NCBI GenBank assembly: GCA_030649165.1
Contig: JAUSGG010000162.1
Location: forward strand, 3 to 64,002
Direction of reading: 5' to 3'
Origin: Armatimonadota bacterium
GTDB taxonomy: Bacteria > Armatimonadota > UBA5829 > JAUSEB01
DNA: 64,000 nucleotides
Positions 57,721 through 64,000 of the stretch are shown one piece after another. Made by a program: the position numbers and the translations under genes. Every line of letters begins with the position of its first letter. Position 1 is the first letter of the stretch. The notes beneath the pieces were generated by a model that saw nothing but the letters and a program-made list of their open reading frames with translations, had not been told where the DNA came from and ran no database searches.

Positions 57721-60700
57721 GTGCTCAAGCCAGAGCGGTTAGATCAAGAAAGATTCCGCGCCAAACTTCAGCAGTTAGTTCAGGACTTCGAAGCGGCCTA
57801 CAACGCCAACCCGAGCATTAACCACGACACCGTGCACCACCAATTCGTGGACCGACTCCTGGACATTCTGGGTTGGCCCCTGGATGCCTCCTCCTACCGC
57901 CTGTCCCACAGATTGCCTGATGATGCCGGCATACCGGACGGGATACTCCATTACGGCGCCAACCCCATATGCGCCATCGAAGTGAAGCGTCCCGAGGAAC
58001 CAGCCTCCCATCAGATCCCCGACATTCGAGAAGGTTCCGCCTACGACAGCCGCCAGCTTGCCCACGGACTCCGCGAGAAACTGAGATACGTGATGTACCA
58101 GGGCGCGGCACGCTGGCTGATACTCGTCTCGATGAAGCATCTGCACGTGTTTGACAGCCAGACCAAGCGCTGGGTGATCGCATTCAACTCGACCGCGGAG
58201 ATGGTCAAGCACTGGGAGCGGCTCCTTCTACTGAGCTTTTACTCCGTAACGGAGGAGCAAAGCCTCGACCGACTGGCCCGCAACTACTCCACCCGGCCCG
58301 TGGAGTCACTTATCGAAAGCCTCAATCATTGGCGCCTGGAGTTGGCGCATTCGGTCTGGACGCTGAACCAGACTTTCGAGGACATCAGTCTGGAACTGGT
58401 TCAGGCTGCGGTCAGACGCATGCTTGACCGGCTCATCATCATACAGATTATCGACGATAAGGGGCTCATTGCAGGGCACGCCGGCCTTTTGGATGGTCAG
58501 ATAGACCAGTGGGAGCGCGAGCGTGACGACTCTATCGGCGGCCTTCGCTCTTTCCGCGACCGCCTCGGCAACGTCTTCCAGACATTCAATACGCTCTACA
58601 ACTCGACCATTTTCGAGCCTGATGTGACTGACGATCTGGCCTATGGAGACGAGGCGCTGGTGAGTGTGGCGTCCGGGATAGCAGGGACGGGCTTTAGACA
58701 TCTCGACGCCAGGATCATCGGGACCGCTTACGAGCGATATGCCGGGTACCGCCTGGAGCTTGCGGGCGAGGGATTGCAGCGCCGTATAGACCCACGGTTT
58801 CGGCAAAGCACGGGTACGTTTTACACGCCGGACTACATAGTCAAGTACGTAGTTGGGCGGACTGTGGGCCGTGCGCTGGAGGGGAAGACCCTTGAGGATA
58901 TCCAGGATTTTCGGGTAGTAGATAAGGCCTGCGGGTCCGGCTCGTTCCTCATAGGCGCATTTGACGAGTTGGCGCGGTTCTATGAGTCGGAGCGTCAGCG
59001 ACTGGAGAAGGCGTCGTGGGAAACAGCCGACCCCAAGGAACTCGAACGCATAGCATCGACGCTCAGGCTCGCCGGAGACTACCCCCGCAAGATTCTTGAG
59101 CAGCACCTGTACGGAGTGGATCTGAACCCGGAGGCCGCTGAATTTGCCACGGTGAGCTTGATAGTGCATGCCCTTTCGTACGAGAAGGACAAGGGCAGAG
59201 ACCCGGAGGAGCTTCATCTGCCTCTGATTCTCAATCAGAACATCAAGGTCGGAAACTCACTTGTGTCAGCGTTGGACACGATGTCTGCTGAGGAGCGGGA
59301 GGCTTGGCTGTCGAGCCACGCTGGCAGACTAGCGAAGATTCGGGAAATGCGCGACGGGCTCCGGCGGATTGTGGATCCGGACGAGAAACAGCGGATGATC
59401 GAGGAGATCAAAGATCTGACGGACGAGTTGAACTGGGGCACCGATGGACTGAACCATCGCCTCGCGGACGCCTTCGGCGGAGTCGAGAACGCCCGCGAGG
59501 AACGGCCGTTCAACTGGGAGGTGGAGTTCCCGGAAGTGTTCGACCCAGGAACGGCCCCGAAAAGGCGAGGGTTCGACTGCGACATCGGCAACCCTCCATA
59601 CGTGAACATCAGGCGAATGAGGGACTACGACGCCCGCCAGACGGATTATCTCACCGCGGCGCCCGTGTTCGCCTCGTCAGGCAGCTACGACGTTTACGTA
59701 CTGTTCCTGGAAAGGTCGCTGCAGCTATCTCGCACGTCCGCGGGATTCATCGTCTCGCGCAAGTTCTTCTACCAGGACTATGGCGAGGCCGTCCGAAGAC
59801 TGATGGGCGAGGGAAACCACTTGCGGGAGTTGGTCGATTTCAGCCACCTCCAAGTGTTCCAGGAATCGGATGCGACGACTTACACGTGTGTGGCGATAGT
59901 CGACAAATCCCCGGTAGGCGCGGAGGTGCGTCTCGCTAGGCTGACCCGCTTGGACAAGCAGGGAACGCAAATGGAGAGGATTCGGGTGGCCGGTGGTGTC
60001 GGAGACGAAGGTGTCCGGGCCGATACCGTTCCGGCGGCGCGCTTCGGCGCCGAACCATGGGTTCCTTGTTTCGAGGACGAGCGCGCCGTGATGCGACGGA
60101 TGGAAGAACAGTCCATGCCGCTTGGAGTCGGAGGCGTGGGGGCGCACATCTTCGTCGGAATCCAAACGAGCGCCGACGACATCTACATTTTGGATTACCG
60201 CGGCGAAGAGGGCGACTGTTACATCGTTCGCGCACAGGCATCGGAGCTGAAGCGGGGCGACAGACTTCTCTGGTCTCGGCCCGAGCGAACCGTAAGGATA
60301 GAGAAGGCGCTGCTGAAGCCGCTTCTTAGCGGACAAGATGTGCAAGCATATGGAACTCCTGAGTTGCGGCAGTTGCTGCTGTTTCCGTACGAGCTTCTAG
60401 CATTGTCCGATCAAGAAGGAAACAGCGCTCAACTCATTCCGGCGGGCGAACTTGCGGAGAGATTCCCACATGCAAGCGACTACCTACTGGACTGCGAGCT
60501 TCGACTGAGAGCCCGGGAAGGCGGCAAGTTCGATGATGACCGATGGTACAGAATGGGCAGATCTCAGAATCTGGGCATTCAAGGCGGACGTAAGCTCGTT
60601 GTGCCGAGCCTCGTACAGCACTTTCGGGCGATGGACGACGCCAGCGGTGCGTGGTATCTGGACAACGTGAACGCCATAGGCGTGCGCTTTCCCGCGGACC

Positions 60701-61458
60701 GCGATGCCTATCTGAGGTATCTAGTTCTTCTGAACAGCGGCTGCGTAGATTGGTATCTGCACGTCATCAGCACCCCGTTTAGAGGCGGGTTCTACCAGCC
60801 GAACGGGCAATTCCTCGAAAGAATTCCTATACCTTGTGCGTTAGCAAACCCCGACGGCGGCACATTGGGGCCTGCAGAGTTCGTGAGTCGCGCGGAGCAG
60901 TTGCAGAGACTGACCGCACAAATGCGCGCCTTGTCTGCCGACTTCCGGCGTTTTGTGGGGCACTTGCCGATGGACAGAACGCTCGACGACATTCTGAAGA
61001 AGGTGTCGGTGCGGAACAGGAGTCTGGTGAGCGGACAGAAGAGGCCGGACCATTCGATTCGAGGGGCCGGGGTCAGACGAGACGGCGAGTGGCTTGTGCT
61101 GTGGGCCGCCCTCCGCGACCCAGACGCGGAAGAAGACTACCAGGCGGATATCTACCGCTTCCGTATCGGTGAGCCCGTTGCGAGCTTGTTGGAGCGATTT
61201 CTTCCCACTCTGGGACCTTCGGACTTCTCCAAGAGCCGCAAGCAGAGCGTTCTTGACAGGATTAAGGTGTGCCGAATTCCGAGCGGCCGGGACGACGAGA
61301 TTGGCCAAGCTGTAGAAGCGTACGACCGGGAGAAAGCTCGGGCGGACGAGTTGGACGCCGAGATCGCCGCTGGCCGGGACGCGGTCGATGAGACTTGTTA
61401 CCACCTTTACGGACTCCAGGATGCCGACCGCGAGGTTATGAGGCGCTCCGGCGGGTAG
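57721..61458 (+). CDS. Type IIG restriction-modification enzyme (Eco57I-like), second locus
   Basis: PDGIL...IEVKRP nuclease, GTFYTP, DKACGSGSFL, FNWEVEFPEVF, GNPPY and LLNSG; GTG start after GGAG. Confidence 0.88.
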   Translation: MLKPERLDQERFRAKLQQLVQDFEAAYNANPSINHDTVHHQFVDRLLDILGWPLDASSYRLSHRLPDDAGIPDGILHYGANPICAIEVKRPEEPASHQIPDIREGSAYDSRQLAHGLREKLRYVMYQGAARWLILVSMKHLHVFDSQTKRWVIAFNSTAEMVKHWERLLLLSFYSVTEEQSLDRLARNYSTRPVESLIESLNHWRLELAHSVWTLNQTFEDISLELVQAAVRRMLDRLIIIQIIDDKGLIAGHAGLLDGQIDQWERERDDSIGGLRSFRDRLGNVFQTFNTLYNSTIFEPDVTDDLAYGDEALVSVASGIAGTGFRHLDARIIGTAYERYAGYRLELAGEGLQRRIDPRFRQSTGTFYTPDYIVKYVVGRTVGRALEGKTLEDIQDFRVVDKACGSGSFLIGAFDELARFYESERQRLEKASWETADPKELERIASTLRLAGDYPRKILEQHLYGVDLNPEAAEFATVSLIVHALSYEKDKGRDPEELHLPLILNQNIKVGNSLVSALDTMSAEEREAWLSSHAGRLAKIREMRDGLRRIVDPDEKQRMIEEIKDLTDELNWGTDGLNHRLADAFGGVENAREERPFNWEVEFPEVFDPGTAPKRRGFDCDIGNPPYVNIRRMRDYDARQTDYLTAAPVFASSGSYDVYVLFLERSLQLSRTSAGFIVSRKFFYQDYGEAVRRLMGEGNHLRELVDFSHLQVFQESDATTYTCVAIVDKSPVGAEVRLARLTRLDKQGTQMERIRVAGGVGDEGVRADTVPAARFGAEPWVPCFEDERAVMRRMEEQSMPLGVGGVGAHIFVGIQTSADDIYILDYRGEEGDCYIVRAQASELKRGDRLLWSRPERTVRIEKALLKPLLSGQDVQAYGTPELRQLLLFPYELLALSDQEGNSAQLIPAGELAERFPHASDYLLDCELRLRAREGGKFDDDRWYRMGRSQNLGIQGGRKLVVPSLVQHFRAMDDASGAWYLDNVNAIGVRFPADRDAYLRYLVLLNSGCVDWYLHVISTPFRGGFYQPNGQFLERIPIPCALANPDGGTLGPAEFVSRAEQLQRLTAQMRALSADFRRFVGHLPMDRTLDDILKKVSVRNRSLVSGQKRPDHSIRGAGVRRDGEWLVLWAALRDPDAEEDYQADIYRFRIGEPVASLLERFLPTLGPSDFSKSRKQSVLDRIKVCRIPSGRDDEIGQAVEAYDREKARADELDAEIAAGRDAVDETCYHLYGLQDADREVMRRSGG

Positions 61459-61879
61459 TCTGACGGCCGTGCGCAGGATCCGGGCCGAAGTTCGCTCCGT
61501 CAGCCCCCAACCCGGAACAAATCTCCCTCCCCCATCGTCTATTCACTATTAGTGGTGGACACACGTCGTTAGTCGCCAGTAGCCAGTTCCGGAATGCTGG
61601 AGACTAGCAACCAGCCACCCATCCCTGTTCATCCGGGTTAACCTGCGGTTCAAATACTATGCCATCCGAGGGCCGAAAACCAGGCGGCGTGCCCCGTGCA
61701 AATAAAAAAATCGACAAACGAATTGTTTCTCACGCTCAATCCGTGCGGGAGTTCGTTTGAAAATAACTCGGAATTTACGCACGCGGACGCGCTGTGGCTT
61801 GGTAACAGAATAGTGAAGTGGTCTGATGGAGCAGTGAAGCCAGGCGGGGACGAACATCGGAGGTGTGGAGGGCGCAGAG

Positions 61880-61911
61880 GTTGTTTCGGGACGAGGGCGT
61901 CCCGAAACAAC
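61880..61911. repeat. Perfect 14-bp-stem hairpin of the GTTTCGGGA...TCCCGAAAC family
   Basis: GTTGTTTCGGGACG-AGGG-CGTCCCGAAACAAC. Confidence 0.75.
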
Positions 61912-62030
61912 GCGGCGGGGCGCGATGGCATATCGCGCCCGATCGGAAGAACCCCTCCCCAGCCCTCCCCTGAGAGGAGAGGGGGTTTAGGTCTCTCTCA
62001 ACTTTCAACTTTCAACTCTCAACCTCCCCT

Positions 62031-63059
62031 TCACTTCTCCACAAACCTCCTGGTCTCGATCACGATCCGGGTTTTGCCGTCTTCGGTCTTGGGGAGGATT
62101 TGGACCACGTCGTCTATCGCGTCGCGGGGGCCGGAGATGGTTACGCCGTCGTCGAGCGCGTATTTCTTGCGGTTGGCGTTGCGCTCTGCCCAGTCGTTGT
62201 CCGGGGTGAAGGAGGTGCGGGTGAGGCCCCTCTGCTGCAGGCGGCCAACGTAGCTGTCGCGCAAATCGTCCTGGTCGATCATCCGCTCGGCGATCTTGAG
62301 GATGTCCATCACTTCGTCGGTGACCGCGCTTTCTTTGACGGCTTTGCGCAGGTCGGCGCCGAGCTCTTCGGGTACCAGCTCTTCGTTGTTTTCGAGCCAC
62401 TTGTCGGTCTCGCGGATGACGATCTGGGTCATCTCTTTGGGAGTCTGGACCTCGATGCAGCGGAGCAAGGCGCCGCGCCAGTAGTTGGCGGTGGCTTCGT
62501 CGTCGTCCTTGGAGTATGGAGCGTCGCGGTAGAGGAGGTCGAAAGGCGCGCCGGGGATTTCGGGGTAGTAGATGGCCGTCTTGTTCTGCGGCCTGCCGGG
62601 GTCGGGCAGAACGTGCAGGCGTTCCAGCCGGATCTGGGAGGAGCCGTCCTCCCGCACTAGCCGCCGGTCGAAGACCTGGACCGGGACCATGTTGATCAGC
62701 GCGACGTGCCGCTGGTCGGAGTCCTCGTCCACGAACAGGCAAAAGGCGAGATCGGACCTGACGAGGCTCGTGGAACCGAGTTCCTGGAAGAGCATCCCGG
62801 CGAGGGCTTTGGACTCCTCGATGAAATCGCCTTCGTCTTCGATGACGCGGGAGCAAATCCGGCGAGGGCCGCTTTCGTCGGTGGACTTGCCGAGTTTCAG
62901 GCCGCTCGCTTTGGCGCAGGAGAGGATATGCTCCTGGAAGAAATCGTAGACCTCGGGGGTCAGCTCAAGCTCGACGTCGGCCAATTGCGGCTCGCCGAGA
63001 CGGTTGTCGAGAACGTGGACAACGGCGCTCAGGACGGAGATGTTCTTGATCTTCTCCAC
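62031..63059 (-). CDS. Nucleoid-associated protein (YejK/NdpA-like)
   Basis: About 340 aa and acidic; the N-terminal VVHVLD...FFQEHI pattern and ANYW resemble the 37-kDa NAP family. Confidence 0.65.
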   Translation of the reverse strand: MEKIKNISVLSAVVHVLDNRLGEPQLADVELELTPEVYDFFQEHILSCAKASGLKLGKSTDESGPRRICSRVIEDEGDFIEESKALAGMLFQELGSTSLVRSDLAFCLFVDEDSDQRHVALINMVPVQVFDRRLVREDGSSQIRLERLHVLPDPGRPQNKTAIYYPEIPGAPFDLLYRDAPYSKDDDEATANYWRGALLRCIEVQTPKEMTQIVIRETDKWLENNEELVPEELGADLRKAVKESAVTDEVMDILKIAERMIDQDDLRDSYVGRLQQRGLTRTSFTPDNDWAERNANRKKYALDDGVTISGPRDAIDDVVQILPKTEDGKTRIVIETRRFVEK

Positions 63060-63610
63060 TACTTGCCACCTTCGACCAGCGCGCGCCCGGCGGCCTTGAG
63101 TCCTTCAAGCCGCCATTCCCTGTTGAAGCGGGTGGCGGGGACCAGGTCGAACGTTCTGACCCGCAACCACGCGAGGTAGTTCTCGAGGCTTTGCAGGCCC
63201 TTGACCGCTCCGCCGCCGGAGCCGCCGGCCGCCGCTATGGCGATGACGGGCTTGTCCTTTAGAACCGACTTCTCCTCGTGCGGCCACTCGCAGCGGCGCA
63301 AACGGTCGAGGAAGTTCTTGGCGGTCTCGCTCACATCGTGGAAGTAGACCGGGGTGGAGATGATCAGCGCGTCGGCGGCGTTCATCTTGTCTCGCAGCGG
63401 CTGAAACTGGTCTTCCTGCTCGCAGAGGCCCTCTTTGCAGCATCTGCCCCAGCCGTCGCCGCAGACCCGGCAGGAGCCGATGCCGAGTTGGTTCAAGTGA
63501 ACCAGTTCGACTTCCGCGCCCGCGGACCGGGCGCCCTCCAGCGCCGCCTGCGCGAGGGAGCTGGTGAGTCCGTCAGTGTTGGCGCTTGCTTGGATTGCCA
63601 ATACTTTCAT
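63059..63610 (-). CDS. Flavodoxin-like / iron-sulfur flavoprotein (NADPH-dependent FMN reductase family)
   Basis: MKVLAIQAS, CRVC...CC...C cluster, ISTPVYF, KNFLDR and AAAGGSGGG. Confidence 0.85.
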   Translation of the reverse strand: MKVLAIQASANTDGLTSSLAQAALEGARSAGAEVELVHLNQLGIGSCRVCGDGWGRCCKEGLCEQEDQFQPLRDKMNAADALIISTPVYFHDVSETAKNFLDRLRRCEWPHEEKSVLKDKPVIAIAAAGGSGGGAVKGLQSLENYLAWLRVRTFDLVPATRFNREWRLEGLKAAGRALVEGGK

Positions 63611-63669
63611 GCGTAGGTCTCCTGTTGTTAGTTGTTAGTTGCCGACCCCACGCCAGCCCTGAATGGGGA

Positions 63670-63879
63670 GGGCGTAGGTTGGTTAGCCCTGCCATTATAG
63701 CGCATGTTAGGGTTGTAGGGTTATAGGGTGGAGTCGAAGGAGTCGAAGGAGTCGAAGGAGTCGAAGGAGTCGAAGGAGTCGAGGGGCGGGAGACCTTCGG
63801 TCCGGTCTGGTGCGGGGTCAGGAGACCCGTGCACAGCGGCAGGGGCGTAGGTTGGTTAGCCCTGCCATTATACCGCATG
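63670..63879 (-). repeat. 37-bp direct repeat containing TATAAT (minus strand) and bracketing a repeat cassette
   Basis: 63670-63706 and 63843-63879 differ at one base. Confidence 0.85.
63730..63783 (+). repeat. 9-bp tandem repeat (GGAGTCGAA)x6
   Basis: Five perfect units plus one variant; no spacers. Confidence 0.9.
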
Positions 63880-63924
63880 GCGCGGTTGAGTTTAAGTGTG
63901 GTAATATTAGGAGAAGATCAAGGA

Positions 63925-64000
63925 ATGGCTCAACCTATGTGGCACAGCTTAAGGTTTCGGCTTGTTGCGACGTTAACCCTGCTTCTGGCGCTTGCCTTTG
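63925..64000 (+). CDS. Partial membrane protein N-terminus, possibly a sensor histidine kinase
   Basis: MAQPMWHSLRFRLVATLTLLLALAF runs off the window; SLRxRL followed by a TM helix is typical of sensor kinases. Confidence 0.45.
   Translation, partial: MAQPMWHSLRFRLVATLTLLLALAF

Noticed and set aside
61459-61960. tRNA, tmRNA or integration site after the RM gene
   Set aside because: Only generic hairpins; no cloverleaf, T-loop or CCA end was recognisable and no integrase is in the window.
63730-63783. Possible CRISPR array
   Set aside because: Contiguous 9-bp units with no spacers and no cas genes. The 37-bp and 64-bp repeats have only two copies each.

Overview
A GC-rich (roughly 60% by eye) chromosomal window from a diderm bacterium; the PEP-CTERM, TolC, Lnt and GxGYxYP-type genes would fit an Armatimonadota-like organism, which is inference only. 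In order it holds: an IS1202-type (ISNCY) transposase, exported MsrBA, trxB and a PLD nuclease. Next is an alternative complex III operon (actBCDFA) run together with a cbb3-type oxidase (ccoN, ccoO-cyt c, ccoS-like) and actE, with a divergent TauE-like gene and ccoI. Then come a MacAB-TolC-type exporter, lnt, a radical SAM enzyme, hisI, a stop-split TPR membrane gene, GH20, an OmpR regulator, a CBS-GGDEF protein and an internally deleted IS1380. The last third has glycoside hydrolases, hisD-hisB-hisA, two Type IIG restriction-modification genes, two GxGYxYP paralogs, selB, a PEP-CTERM protein, a nucleoid-associated protein and a flavodoxin. The best candidates for something new are: (1) an unannotated lipoprotein-like small ORF whose UGA is followed by a SECIS-like hairpin, in a genome that encodes SelB; (2) a dense set of short repeats (7-mer and 9-mer tracts, BoxC-like palindromes, a covarying GTTTCGGGA...TCCCGAAAC hairpin) at gene junctions, some translated in frame and two clusters bracketed by 37-64 bp direct repeats; (3) an unknown gene tightly coupled to a Type IIG RM gene; (4) an apparent ACG start for trxB. 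No tRNA, rRNA or CRISPR array was seen. All product calls come from motif recognition, not database searches.
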